A DNA stretch of 64,000 bases, taken from the NCBI RefSeq assembly GCF_030144855.1, contig NW_026779681.1, positions 1 through 64,000 of the forward strand, written 5' to 3'. Positions 10,341-23,411 of the stretch are shown piece after piece (the first letter of the stretch is position 1; each line of letters starts with the position of its first letter). The notes under the pieces were generated by a model, which saw only the letters and a program-made list of their open reading frames with translations, was not told the origin of the DNA and searched no databases. The position numbers and the translations under genes are program-made. This DNA is from Hypanus sabinus. Taxonomy: Eukaryota.

Positions 10341-13300
10341 GACAATAGACAATAGAGAATATTTTTCCCACTAATCCCTATGTGGGACTTTATCGAAAGC
10401 TTTCTGGAAGTACAGGTACACTACATCCACTGGCTGTCCCTTGTCCATATTCATAGTTACATCCTCAAAAACCTCCAGAAGATTAGTTAAGCATGATTTT
10501 CCCTTCATAATTCCATGCTGACTCGGACTGATCCTTCTACTGCAATCCAAATGTGTCGTAATTTCATCGTTTGTAATTGACTCCAGCATCTTTCCCATCA
10601 CTGACGTCAGGCGAATCGGTCTATAATTCCCTGTTTTCTCTCTCCCTTATTTCTTGAGAAGTGGGACAACATTAGCCACCCTCCAGTCAGCAGGAACTGT
10701 TCCTGAATCTATAGAACATTGGAAAATGATTACCAATGCGTCCACGATTTCAAGAGCCACTTCTCTAAGTACCCTGGGATGCAGACCATCAGGTCCCGGG
10801 GACTTAACAGACTTCAGACTCCACAGTCTGTCCAACACCGTTTCTTGCCTAATGTAAGTTTCCTTCAGTTCATCCTTTACCCTCGTTCCTTTTGCCACTA
10901 ATACATCTGGGAGTTTGTTTGTGTCTTCCCTAGTGAAGACAGATCCAAAGTACTTGTTCAACTGATCTGCCATTTCCTTGTTCCCCATAATAAATTCACC
11001 CATTTCTGTCTTAAATGGCCCAATTTTGGTCTTAACTATTTTTTTTTTGCTATTCATATATCTAAAGAAGATTTTACTATCATCCTTTATATTATTGGCT
11101 AGTTTACCTTCGTACCTCATTTTTTTCTTGGCGTACTGCCTTTTTTTGTTATCTTCTGTTGCTCTTTAAAAGCTTCCCAGTCCTCCGGTTTCCCGCTCAT
11201 CTTTGCTATGTTATACTTTTCTTTTATTTTTATACTGTCCTTTACTTCTCTCGTCAGCCACGGCCGCCCTTGACTCCCCTCAGGATCTTTCTTCCTCTTT
11301 GGAATGAACTGATCCTGCACCTTGTGCATTATTCCCAGAAATACGCGCCGTTGTTCCACTGTCTTCACTCCTAGGGTATTTTTCCATTGAACTTTGGCCA
11401 GCTCCTCCCTCATAGCTCCATAGTTCCCTTTGTCCAACTGTAATACTGACACATCCGATTTTCCCTTCTCCTTCTCAAATTGTAGGTTAAAACATATCAT
11501 ATTATGGTCACTACCTCCTAATGGTTCCTTTACCTCGAGGTCCCTGATGAAATCCGGTTCAATGCACAACACTAATTCTAGAATTGCCTTCTCCCTGGTA
11601 GGCTGCAGTACAAGCTGTTCTAAGAATCCATCTAGGAGACACTCCACACACTCCTTTCCTTGGGGTCCAGTACCATTCTGATTCTCCCAGTCTGATTCTC
11701 CCATGTTGAAATCCCCCATGACAAATGTATCATTATCTTTGCGCCATGCCAATTTTAACTCTTCATTCAATTTACACCCTACATCCAGATAGCTATTTGG
11801 GGGCCTGCAGATAACTCCCATGAGGGTCTTCCTACCCTTAGAATTTCTCAGTTCTATCCATACTGACTCTGCATTCCCTGATTCTATGTCCCCCCTCGCA
11901 AGGGACTGAATATCATTCCTCACCAACAGAGCCACTCCACCCCCTCTGCCTGTCAGTCGGTCCTTTCGACAAGACGTGTATCATTGAATATACATTTCCC
12001 AGGCCCTGTCCGCTTGAATCCATGTCTCTGTTATTCCCACAATATCGTACTTGCCAATTTCCAACTGAGCCTCAAGCTCATCTACTTTATTCCGGATACT
12101 TCGTGCATTCATATATAATACTTTTAATTCGTTACTCCCCTCTCCTTTCATATCAATTCCTATTTCACTTGGCCACACTGTATGATCTCTTCTTGAGCTT
12201 TCTACTCCATTGATTCTGTTGTTCTTTTAACTTTTCTTATTTTCACTTTCCCTTTAACTCCATCCTTATATGTCCAGTTCATCCCCTCCCCCCCCGCCCC
12301 ACTACTTAGTTTAAACACATCCGTGTTCCAGAGGCAAACCTGTCTGCCAGAATGCTGATCCCCCGCCTATTAAGGTGCAACCCGTCCCTTTTGTACAATT
12401 CATCCCTACCCCAAAACAGATCTCAGTGGTCCAAGAATGTAAATCCTTGCTTCCTGCACCAGTTCCTCAGCCACACATTCAGATCCATTATCTCCCTGTG
12501 CCTGCCCTCTCCCGCATGAGGAACTGGAAGCAAACCAAAGATAACCACCCTGGAAGTCCTGCTTTTCAGATTTCTTCCGAATTCTCTGAAGTCCCGCTGC
12601 AGAATGTCCTTCCTCTTCTTCCCGATGTCATTTATGCCGACATGCACTGCAACTTCCGGCTGTTCACCTTCACCCTTGAGGATTCTCTGCAATCGGTCCG
12701 TGATGTCCTGGATCCTGGCACCAGGGAGGCAACACACCATCCTTAAATCTCGCCTGTTGCCGCAGAAACCCCTTTCTGTACCTCTTACTCAGGAGTCCCC
12801 TACTACCACGGCTCTTCCTGATGTCTGACTCCTCGGCTCCACTTCTGCACCAATTTTCGCCTCGCAGACCTGTCCGCCTCTCAGACTGGTAGTATTTTCT
12901 GACCTGCCAGCATCCAAGAGGGTGAACCTGTTTATGAGAGGAACATCCTCTGCCGTCTCCTGTATTTCAATCATCCTTTCCTTCCTCATCATCGCCCCTT
13001 TCTGTCTTCCAGTATCCTCGGTGTAATGACCTCACTGTAGGTCCTGTCCAGGAAACTCTCGTTTTCGCTGATAAACCTGAGGTCATCCAGTTCTTTCTTC
13101 AGTGCTGCAACATGCTCCTTCAGAAGCTGAATCTGGACACACTTTCCACAGCTGTAGCAGCCGGGGTCACCATTAGTGTCCCTGACCTCCCACATCATGC
13201 ACGGAGCACACAGAATCAGCTTAGCGGTCATGTCTTCACCCTCTCCAATCGTGCCTGGCGTAATCTCCTTCCTCAGCCTCCTCGTCGAAGAATCTCCTGC

Positions 13301-13370
13301 CAAAGACTGGCAATTTCACACCAGGCACTTCCCTCAAACAGGCCGCTTTCTGACATGCCGCTCCGCTAGA
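10341..13370 (-). mobile_element. CR1 LINE with 5' end, ORF1 (Cys-rich N-terminus + SGNH esterase-like), ORF2 endonuclease and 5' half of RT; RT 3' half missing
   Basis: CAPCMMWEV...CGKCVQ, AVVVGDS, CCLPGAR..DI, VHVGINDI, VLYMNARSIRNKVDEL, VGITETW, VMGDFN, SDHNMI, SPGPDGLHPRVL, KAFDKVPHR. The (ctattgt) tail is on the minus strand at 10341-10355. Confidence 0.95.
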
Positions 13371-13479
13371 GCTCTCCCTTTTTGATTGCACTATTCAACT
13401 GCCAAAACTGCCAGAATCTCTCGGGCCAAAGACTGGCAATTTCACACCAGGCACTTCCCTCGATCAGGCCGCTTCCCAA

Positions 13480-14423
13480 ACATGAAGGTGAAGGACGAAC
13501 AGTAGATGTAGTGTATATGGATTTCAGCAAGGCATTTAATAAGGTACCCCGTGCAACGCTTATTGAGAAAGTATGGAGGCATTGGATGCATGGGGACATT
13601 GCTTTGTGGATCCACAACTGGCTTGCCCACATAAGGCAAAAACCGGTTGTAGAGGGGTCATATACTGCCCGTATGTCGGTCACCAGTGGTAGGCCTCAGT
13701 GATCTGTTCTGGGACCCTTATACTTCGTGATTTTTATAAATATCCTGGATAGGGTACTGGGCGGATGGATTAGTAAATTTTCTTATGACACATTGGTTCG
13801 TGGTGTTGTGGATAGTGTGCAGGGCTGTCAGAGGTTACTGTCGGAGACTGACACGATGGAAAACTTGGCAGAGAATTGGCAGATGGAGTTCAAAACAGAT
13901 ATGTGTGAAGTGGTTCGTTTTGGTAGGTCACAGATAATGGCAAAATGTAGTATTATTGGTAAGACTCTTGGCAGAGGGATACTGGGGTCCGAGTCTATAG
14001 GACGCTCAAAGCAGCTGCGCACGTTGAATCTGTTGTACGGTGCTTTCTCCTTCATCAGTCTTGGGAATGTGATTAAGTGGTGAGATGTTTCGTTACAGCT
14101 ATATAGGATCCAGTTCAGACCTCACTTGGAGGACTGTGCTCATATCTGGTCGCCTCTCTACCAGAAGAATGTGGAAACCATCGATCTGGTGCAGAGAAAA
14201 TTTACAAGTATGCTGCCTGGATTGGGGAGCAGGCCTTACTAGAATAATCCTTTTCTGCTTGGAGCGAGGGAGGATGAGGGCTGACCATACAGAGCTGCAT
14301 AAGATGATGAGAGGCATTGATCATATGGATAGTCAAAAGTGTTATCCCACAGTTGAAATGGCTATCACGACGGGGCGCATCTTTAAGCTGTTGGAAGAAC
14401 GTACAGAGGAGATGTCAGGTTAC
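13480..14423 (+). mobile_element. CR1 LINE RT 3' fragment (a different subfamily from the element on its left)
   Basis: VDVVYMDFSKAFNKVP, gatctgttctgggaccc, WQMEF, RPHLE-like and ERGRMRAD motifs. It runs into the assembly gap. Confidence 0.9.
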
Positions 14424-14611
14424 NNNNNNNNNNNNNNNNNNNNNNNNNNNNNNNNNNNNNNNNNNNNNNNNNNNNNNNNNNNNNNNNNNNNNNNNNNNNN
14501 NNNNNNNNNNNNNNNNNNNNNNNNNNNNNNNNNNNNNNNNNNNNNNNNNNNNNNNNNNNNNNNNNNNNNNNNNNNNNNNNNNNNNNNNNNNNNNNNNNNN
14601 NNNNNNNNNNN
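14424..14611. other. Assembly gap (N run)
   Basis: 188 Ns. Confidence 1.
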
Positions 14612-14889
14612 CTCGGCACAGCATTGTGTTCCGAATTTCCTGTAATGTGTTGTAGATTTTCTGTGTTTCTATAATTGCTAACTAATCTTTTCTGCTTGCC
14701 AAATGAGCATATCCGTTCATTTTCCTCATAGGCACATTACTGTCTCGGCTTCTTTTTAAGGCCGCTTACCCTTGTGCCTCGACTACCACACCAGGAAGTG
14801 CATCCCATCTACACACAACTCTGTGTAAACGTCTTGCCCTTTGCAGCGCATTGTTTTTCTTTTTGTGTCATCTGCAGGATTACTAATCA

Positions 14890-15166
14890 NNNNNNNNNNN
14901 NNNNNNNNNNNNNNNNNNNNNNNNNNNNNNNNNNNNNNNNNNNNNNNNNNNNNNNNNNNNNNNNNNNNNNNNNNNNNNNNNNNNNNNNNNNNNNNNNNNN
15001 NNNNNNNNNNNNNNNNNNNNNNNNNNNNNNNNNNNNNNNNNNNNNNNNNNNNNNNNNNNNNNNNNNNNNNNNNNNNNNNNNNNNNNNNNNNNNNNNNNNN
15101 NNNNNNNNNNNNNNNNNNNNNNNNNNNNNNNNNNNNNNNNNNNNNNNNNNNNNNNNNNNNNNNNNN
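14890..15166. other. Assembly gap (N run)
   Basis: 277 Ns. Confidence 1.
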
Positions 15167-16487
15167 TGACTCACTGTCGGACATTGACTGTGGACTGTCC
15201 CTTATGCGTTGTGATTAAAATGCGATTCCTGGGTTACAACATAAAATCTCTGCATCACAGTCTGTCATCTGTTGGCGGCAAACGTTTGTATTTTGCAGAT
15301 GAGTGAATCAAACAGCAGGGTTACTGAATTATCTGTTCATAAACAGTTGTTTCGACTGTTATATACCCCGAGGGTTCATTCTCTCTGTTGACTGCCACTT
15401 CAAAAAGGCCGAGAGAATGAGACTGGCTTTGAGGCGCTGCTGGATTTGCTATGATGAGAGAAGTGGCGTCATTTGAGGGATAATGAATATATACAATTTA
15501 TTCTGCGGCTTGTTTCGAATGTACAATGACACAGAGACACACAGTCAGAGTGAAGATGAATTTGGTCAATGGGAAATACCAGTGAGTCGGCCGCATTTGA
15601 ATTTCCAGCACCCCAAAACGGTGAGTTAAGATCGATCCAGAGTTCTCATAAATGACTCTCACAAGTTACTGGAACTAGAATACGTTTGCAGAGGGGAGAC
15701 AAGCGGGAGGCTTGATACAGAAGAATCCTAGTGATAAAGAGATCACAGTTTTGACTTTAACTCCTCGTATCCCTTGAGTGTGAGTTTGTTCCCATTCGGA
15801 TACGAAAATGTGGTTGTCACAGAGCTAATCCGCAGGAGTGTATTCTCTACTGAGGGAAAAACCTTTGTGGATATCACGTGTGTGTTTACCCTTTGTCTGG
15901 GCGTGGTAGTTCACTGATGAAAGGCGCCCCTGTGGCAAATCACCGTTGGAGTTAATTCGTAGGTCGTGGAGCTGGAAAGTGGTTATCACGTTTTGCACGA
16001 CTGGGGTAACCTTTTGGAATCTCCCAGTGTGTCGACCCTTGCCTGGGTTGTGGTTCCCTTGAAGATGTTCCCTTGAGATAAGCTACTCTTACTGAGGTTT
16101 CGGGTGAGGATTCAGAGGTCAACGAGAAGATCGACGACACCTGTTGGTTTGGATTTCAAATATATATCTCTCTCACCAAATTCTATGCATTTGAACTGAA
16201 CAGAAATTTCTTAAGACTGTAATCCTTAAGATGGTAAGAACGTAAGACTTAATTCTTGCACCTGAGCTTGACTAAATTTGGAAACATTTTTTTTACACAC
16301 CTATATCTGCATAATACTGCTAACACTTGGTTTTCCCCGGTTTAAGTTACTATATTACGGAATTACAAATTAGCTATTGACAGTTAACAGCGAAACCAGA
16401 CTGAAGGTGTGTTCTATTGCTGCTGAAACTTTTACAGTGTTGCGCGCACGTAAGAGGTTCTTTGCCCAGTGTTGCGTGTACGTAACA
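15167..16487. mobile_element. Probable solo LTR (left end hidden by the gap)
   Basis: Non-coding, ends in the LTR-like terminus CGTAACA (16481-16487). The cccttgcctgggttgtggttcccttgaag segment resembles ray LTRs (recall only). Confidence 0.5.
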
Positions 16488-16559
16488 CGACCAAGCTGAA
16501 CATTCTTCCGGTACCTCAGCAGAAACGTCTTTTTTTTCCATTTTCTCCATATTCCTAAA

Positions 16560-16900
16560 ACATTTCCTACTCTCGTATTTCTCTATCCTTCAAGACAGAC
16601 CTGTCGTATTAGTTAAAAAATTTGGCACTTCTCTGGCCATATTTCCAACTGGACTTTTGCCATGATCCCTCAACCTCGACAACTCCATCACGTTTGTGTC
16701 GACTGCAAGAGTATTGATGAGTCACTCCTATTTTCATCCAATCAAACGCCAGAATATTTCCCACAATTGTCACTTGCAAAATGGCTGCCCTGCATCATTG
16801 TCATCTGTACTCCATTTAAAGCCATGCTATCCAATGCATCTCGGTCCCAGGTCTCATCCTACCGGAACCAGTCCTTCTCAAAAGTCTTACTTCCAGTCTA
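16560..16900 (-). mobile_element. Degenerate CR1 endonuclease fragment
   Basis: Minus strand resembles the VGITETW..W..QG.RRD region of the other CR1 copies. Confidence 0.6.
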
Positions 16901-17653
16901 ATCCCAAAGGCTGGGCCTTGTCTGCTGCCATGATTCACGAACCGAGCGACCCTACTAATGGGACAATTTGCAATGACCAATTAACCTATCAACGCATAGA
17001 TGTTTGGCGTGTGGGAGGAATCAGGAGAACGCCGATGACATCCAGGCGGTCACGCTTTACAGACTGCGTGGGAAAATGAGTAGAATGAGTGATAATGAAC
17101 TGTGAGAAGGAGAGAGGCCAAGCTACGAGGGAATAAATAAACAAGTAGACTTCATGTGCCTTTTCCTCAGCAATCACCTTCCCTCCATACCGAATGCATC
17201 CAATCCAATCCGACAGATAGCACCACCACTACACAAAGTGTCTAAGAATTTCTTTAATTTCCCAGACGCTTTGCGATGGGGACTGCTGCTGGGGACGGAC
17301 GATTGGAAGAGGCGTTTTTCCAATCCGAGTTATTAAATTATTCTCGAGGTGGCAGACAGAACTACAAAGAACTCCTTTGCAAGCGGAGACTTGAGTCTGT
17401 CCACGGTAACCAGTTTTCCTGAACGATTCAAAGGCAGCGGCTCTTGGAAACAACAGCCCTCGCCAGAGGAAACAAATGGAGCTACATCGGGCGGACCTGA
17501 GGAGGGATTCGGGCGACACGGTATACCGGTAGGGCACAATGATCATATGGCAATGATGATGTCAAGGCTTCGAAGGCAAATAAGTTTTCGATAACCCACT
17601 TGGTGGAACTGAGAGTAGTGGAGGCAGACTCTTGGGAGAAAGGTCACTGAGTA

Positions 17654-18561
17654 TTAATGCTCTCCTGACAACGCCGTGAACTTGGTCATTAGACGGAAGG
17701 GACTTTTCAACGTCTCCTTCAGCTGAACCCTGAAACTTGCCTGGACCACGGCGTAAAGGGCCGTGTTGGTGCAGCAGCTCAGCTGTTGCAGCATGTAGCC
17801 CAGCTCCCGCAAAGAAATCCGGGGATTCGTGAAAACGTAAATACCGAGCCTCTCCCATACCGAATAGACTGTCAGCAGCGCCCACAGCAGGATGAAATTC
17901 CCCGACATCACCAGCAGTAACAGAAGGGATTGCCTGCGGGTCTTCATCTTTTGGTCTGCGGCCGTTTCGACATCGCGAGAACCACGGAGTCTCCTCCGGG
18001 CTCGGCTGGCCACGAAGACGTGTCTGATGGTTAAACTGTTGAGCAGCAGAATCAGGACAAAGGGTAATATTGGGGTGAGGAGGAAATGAATCACTTGAAA
18101 TATTGCCTGCTGATTTAGGGAAGATAACCTGACATTACAGAGCAATGACGTACGTAATAACGAATATGACCCTTGAAATAAAAAGTACCAGAATATGTTC
18201 TTTACGCAGCTCAGCAGAGTCACTGTCCCGAGAACCAGAGCCGCCGCTCTCCCGGTGCAGTATTTTCGCTTCAGCTTCTGAAAACAAATGGCGATAAATC
18301 GATCAAAAGTGAAAGTGACGGTGAACCAAACAGAACAGTCCGTGGCTGCGTAGAACATGACGGCGTGGATGTTACACACGGGAGTACCTGCTGTCCAGCG
18401 TATAACCTGAAGTGGCATGAAAATCCCCGGAATTTTGCTCAATACTAGATCGAAGAGAACGACCAGCTGATCCCCTGCCACCATGGCAACCAGGTACCTT
18501 GTGACGCCTTTGGAGAGGCCGCACTTGCCCCGCGACAGGATGACGATTGTCACCACGTTGA
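17654..18561 (-). CDS. GPR139/GPR142-like class A GPCR, copy A, exon 2 (TM1 end to C-terminus)
   Basis: Open frame VNVVTIVILSRGKCGLSKGVTRYLVAM...FTFDRFIAIC...LTPILPF...CCTNTALYAVVQ...*. CAG acceptor at 18564-18562, phase 1. Seven hydrophobic segments once exon 1 is included. Confidence 0.9.
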
Positions 18562-18639
18562 CTGTGTGGAGGTAGATGAAGACCATGAACACATATTTGC
18601 ATGGAGAAATCCACAGGTTCAACAACTTCTGGGAAAAGC

Positions 18640-19260
18640 AGTTCCTCTCCGTCCTAAATTCGCTCCCCAGAATCTTCAGCCTATGTTCCCCCGGTCTAAA
18701 TTCACTTACCAGTGGAAAAAACTTTCCTGCCCCTGTCTTATCTACCCCTTTCGTAATTTTAAATGTCGCTAAAAGGTCGTCTCTGATCCTTCTGAAATAC
18801 AGTGTGTGTAGTCGCAGGCGACTCAGCTACCAATTTTCCTCCCAATGCCTCCGGTCTGGAATCAAAATGGTGAACCGACTAAACGCTGGTAAATCCCTAC
18901 TCAAGTCAGGAGGACCAGACATGCACACAGCACCCCAGCTGTCGCCTCACCAGTACCTTGTGCTGTTGCAGCATAACTTCCCTCCTCTTAAATTGAACCC
19001 TGTGAGCAATGAAGACCAATATCCCATTTGCCTGCTTGTTCGTCTGCTGCTGCTGCAGACCAACCTTTTGCGATTGAAGAACAAACACTGTTAAGAAACT
19101 CCACATGACAGCGTACTGCAATCGTTTTCCACGAAAATAATATTCTGTTCTTCCATTTGTCCTTCTCAACCTTGCCTTTTACACCATTGTTCTCCATCTG
19201 CCAGACGCTAATACTTTTGTTTAAACAATCGATAACCGCCTGCAGGCTCAGATTCATCTG
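18640..19260 (-). mobile_element. Old CR1 RT fragment in the intron of GPCR copy A (homologous fragment in the copy C intron at about 58250-59030)
   Basis: QQQ..KQANGILVFIA, REVMLQQHKVLVR and tttcccagaagttgttgaacctgtgg motifs; aligns with 58260-58900. Confidence 0.75.
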
Positions 19261-19454
19261 CACCATATGTGTCGGCGGTAAATCATGGCATTAATGACCC
19301 CCACGTAGCCTCATTATGTTTAATAGTTGAGGCTTTGAAGGTATTTATATATCTTCCTATCTATCTTTCTGTCTGTCTGTCTGTCTATCTATCTATCCAT
19401 CTATCTCTATCTATCTATTTGAATGTCTGTCAATCTATCTATCTATCTGGATAC

Positions 19455-22400
19455 TGCTGATGGGGATGACCTACCAGGAATGAGTTGTAGTGGTCCTGTC
19501 TCTGGCACAGAGGTTGAACCCTCAACTAGAAAGGGGAGGAGGGAAGAGAAGAGAGCGATAGTTTTAGGGGATTCTATAGTTAGGGGGGCAGATAGGAGAT
19601 TTTGTGGGGCAGATCGGGAGTCTCGGATGGTATGTTCCCTCCCTGGTGCCAGGGTCCGGGACAACTCAGATCGGGTGCAGGCTATTCTTGAGAACGAGGG
19701 CATGAACTCAGATGTAGTGGTCCATGTAGGGACCAACGATGTAGGTAAGATGAGTGAGGGGGTCCTGCTTAGAGAGTTCAGGGAGTTAGGAGTGAAGCTG
19801 AAAGGCAGGACCTCCAGGGTATCAATCTCGGGATTGCTACCTGTGCCACGTGCGAGTGAGGCGAAGAATAGAATGATTATGCACATTAATACGAGGCTGA
19901 GAGCATGGTGCACGAAGGAAGGGTTCAGGTTTTTGGATAATTGGTCTTTGTTCCAGGGACATTGGGATCTGTTTCGAATGGACGGTCTGCATCTGAACCG
20001 GAGGGGTTCTAACATTCTTGCAGGAGTGTTTGCCAGTGCTGCTCGGGGGGGGGGGGGTTTAAACTAGATGTGCAGGGGGCAGTGATCCAGATCCAGAGGG
20101 TTGGTCAGAAGGAGCATGGGGTTAAATGTGTAGAAGGTTTGGGTGATCTTGAGAAGGTCATCAAAATTCAAGGTGCAATTAGCCCGATGGAAGTTCAAGG
20201 AGCTGGGTTAGGTACAGTAGGCAGTGTTTTAAGCAAAGAGAGGAGGAATGGGCTAAGAATTCTATACTTGAATGCACGTAGTATCAGAAATAAGACATGA
20301 GCTTGAAGCTCAGATGAAAATGGGGAACTACGATATTGTTGGGATAACGGAGACATGGCTGCAAGGGGATCAGGCCTGGGAATTGAGTGTACCAGGGTAT
20401 ACGTGCTATCGTAGAGACAGAAATTTGGGAAGAGGGGGTGGTGTGGCTCTGTTGGTGAGGAGTGAGATTCAGTCCTTAGCAAGAGGTGACTTGGGAACAG
20501 GGGAAGTAGAGACTGTGTGGATTGAGCTGAGGAACAGTAAGGGTAAAAAGACCCTAATGGGTGTGTACAGGCCCCCAAACAGTAGCGTGGATATTGGGTA
20601 CAAGTTGATTAGGGAGTTAACATTGGCATGTGCTAAAGGTAATACAGTCGTTATGGGAGATTTCAACATGCAGGTGAACTGGGAGAATCAGGCAGGTGCT
20701 GGACCCCAGGATAGGGAGTTTGTGGAGTGTCGAAGGGATGTATTTTTGGAACAGTTTGTGATTGAGCCAACCAGGAATGAGGCTATTTTGGGCTTGGTGA
20801 TGTGTAATGAACAGGAATTGATAAGTCACCTTTAAGTAAAGGAGCCATTAGGAAGTAGTGATCATAACATGATAAGTTTTTATCTACAATTTGACAGGGA
20901 TAAGGGCAGATCAGAGGTCAGTATTGCAATTAAATAAAGGAGACTACGGAGCCATGAGGGACGAGCTGGCCAAAGTTAAATGGGCGGATGCTCTGGCAGG
21001 AAAGACAGTGGATCAGCAGTGGCAGATATTCTTGGGCATAATACAAAAGATGCAAAAGCAGTTCATTCCAATGAGAAGGAAGGATTCAAAGAGGGGGAAG
21101 GGGGCACAGTGGTTGACAAAGGAAGTCAGAGATTGTATAGCATTAAAGAAAAAGAAGTATGACAGGGCTAAGATAAGTGGGAATACAGATGACTGGGAAA
21201 GTTTTAAGGAACAGCAGATCTTAACTAAAAAAGCAATACGGAGAGAAAAAAATCAGGTATGAGCTGAGTCTAGCCAGGAATATAAAAGGGGATAGCAAAA
21301 GCATTTTTTAGCTATGTGAAGAGAAAGAAGATAGTTAAGAACAATGTTGGCCCCTTGAAGAATGAATTGGGAGAAATTGTTATGGGAAACAGGGAAATGG
21401 CAACAGAATTTAATGCGTACTTTAGATCTGCCTTCACCAGGGAGGACACAAGCAATCTCCCAGATGTATGGATGGGCCAGGGTCATAAGATATCAGAGGA
21501 ATTGAGACAGATTGACATTCGGAAAGAAACTGTGATGAGTAGACTGGTAGGACTGAAGGCTAATAAATCCCCGGGTCCAGATGGTCTGCATCCGAGGGTT
21601 CTAAAAGAGGTGGCTTAGGAAATTGCGGATGCATTGGTAATCATTTTCCAATGTTCCTTAGGTTCAGGATCAGTTCTTGAAGATTGGAGAGCGGCTAATG
21701 TTATCCCACTTTTCAAGAAGGGAGGGAAGGAGAAAACGGAGAACTATCGCCCTGTTAGCCGAACGTCAGTCGTGGGGAAGATACTTGAGTCCATTATTAA
21801 GGACGAAATAGTGGCACATCTTGATGGCAGAAATAGGATTAGGCCGAGCCAGCATGGATTTACCAAGTGCAAATCATGCTTGACTAATCTGTTGGAGTTT
21901 TTTGAGGGTGTAACAAGGATGTTAGACGAGGGTAAGCCAGTGGATGTTGTGTACCTAGATTTTCAGAAGGCATTCGTTAAGGTGCCACATAGGAGATTGG
22001 TGAGTAAAATCAGAGCTCATGGCATTGGGGGCAGGGTTTCAACATGGATAGAAAACTGGTAGGCAGATAGAAAGCAAAGGGTAGCAGTGAATGGGTGTTT
22101 CTCGGACTGGCTTGAGTGTCTAGTGGGGTACCACAGGGCTCTGTATTGCGAACACAGCTCTTTACAATTTATGTCAACGATTTAGATGAGGAAATTGAAA
22201 ACTATATCAGCAAGTTTGCTGACGATACTAAACTGGGTGGCAGTGGAGTCCTAGTTCACCAGTCAATGAAGGTGAATGAGCAAGTGCAACAGGCAGTGAA
22301 GAGGGCAAATGGAATGTTGGCCTTTGTTACAAGGGGAATTGAGTACAAGAGCAAGGATGTCCTTTTGCATTTGTACAGGGCCCTGGTGAGACCACACCTG

Positions 22401-22950
22401 GAATATTGTGTACAGTTTTGGTCTCCAGGTTTAAGGAAGGACATTCTGGCAATTGAAGAAGTGCAGCGTAGATTCACTAGGTTGATTCCTGGGATGGCAG
22501 GGCTGTCTTACGCAGAGAGATTGGAGAGATTGGGCTTGTCCACGCTGGAATTGAGGAGATTGAGAGGGGATCTGATTGAAACGTTTAAGATAATTTGATA
22601 GGATTGAGGCAGGAAATATGTTCCAGATGTTGGGAGAGTCCAGTACCAGGGGGCATGGATTGAGACTAAGAGGTCAGTTATTTAAAACAGAGTTGAGGAA
22701 GAGCTTCTTCTCCCAGAGAGTTGTGGAGGTGTGGAATGCACTGCCTCGGAAGACGGTGGAGGCCAATTCTCTGGATGCTTTCAAGAAGGACCTAGATAGA
22801 TATCTGATGGATAGGGGAATCAAGGGATATGGGGACAAGGCAGGGACTGGGTATTGATAGGGAATGATCTGCCATGATCTCAGGGCGGTGCAGACTCGAG
22901 GGGCCGAATGGTCTACTTCTGCCCCTATTGTCTATTGTCTATTGTCTATC
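19455..22950 (+). mobile_element. Near full-length CR1 LINE (ORF1 esterase part + ORF2 EN/RT) inside the GPCR A intron, antisense to the gene
   Basis: AIVLGDSIVRG..CSLPGAR..VHVGTND; LYLNARSIRNK; GITETW; NYRPVS; GVPQGSVL; FADDTKLGG (with an internal deletion near 22243); RPHLEYCVQFW. Tail is (ctattgt)n at about 22925-22950, flanked by (CTAT)n tracts. Confidence 0.96.
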
Positions 22951-23411
22951 TATCTATCTATCTATCTACCTGTCTATTCCAGCGGAGCTGTCTTCTCCAA
23001 CAAACTTCGTGAAAGCCTGATTAATCCTACCAGGTCCCAACTGGACTGTGGAACATAAAGACCAGAAATTCTGTTCACCTCAGCGCCGGAAGCATGTGTA
23101 TGCTTCACTGAGAGTGCAGATGAAATGTGCCGGAACACTGCCCGGATTGGAAACCACTCCCTAATGGGAGAGATTGTGGGAGATGAGACTTGCTTCTCTT
23201 GGAATAAAGGTACAAGAGAGGTCACATGGTGGAAGTGTTTGAGAGGCGAAGAGGCATAGACAACGCCGCAATGCACTCAGCCAGGGTTGCTGAAGCTGTC
23301 CCGGTTTGAGAGACCAGCCATGCAATTAGCGCGTCGATACAGGACAGTTATGAAGGAGAAGCTGAGTAACATTTCTCATCTTTACTCACGAGGAAGAGAC
23401 GAGACACTTAC

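Noticed and set aside
13299-13474. About 50-bp direct repeat (gccaaagactggcaatttcacaccaggcacttccctc) at the CR1 5' end
   Set aside because: Local duplication at a TE boundary; no evidence of function.
10341-14423. Twin-priming (5'-inverted) single CR1: the minus half ends at AFDKVPH and the plus half starts at VDVVYMDF..AFNKVP
   Set aside because: The halves belong to different subfamilies (FQKAF vs FSKAF types), and the minus element has its own 3' tail at 10341-10355. These are two independent insertions.
14317-15218. Long ORFs containing X
   Set aside because: Artefacts of N gaps.
17562-17885. Antisense and alternative-frame ORFs over the GPCR exons (also 44823-45263, 45193-45516, 60472-60768)
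   Set aside because: Shadow ORFs of GC-rich coding sequence.
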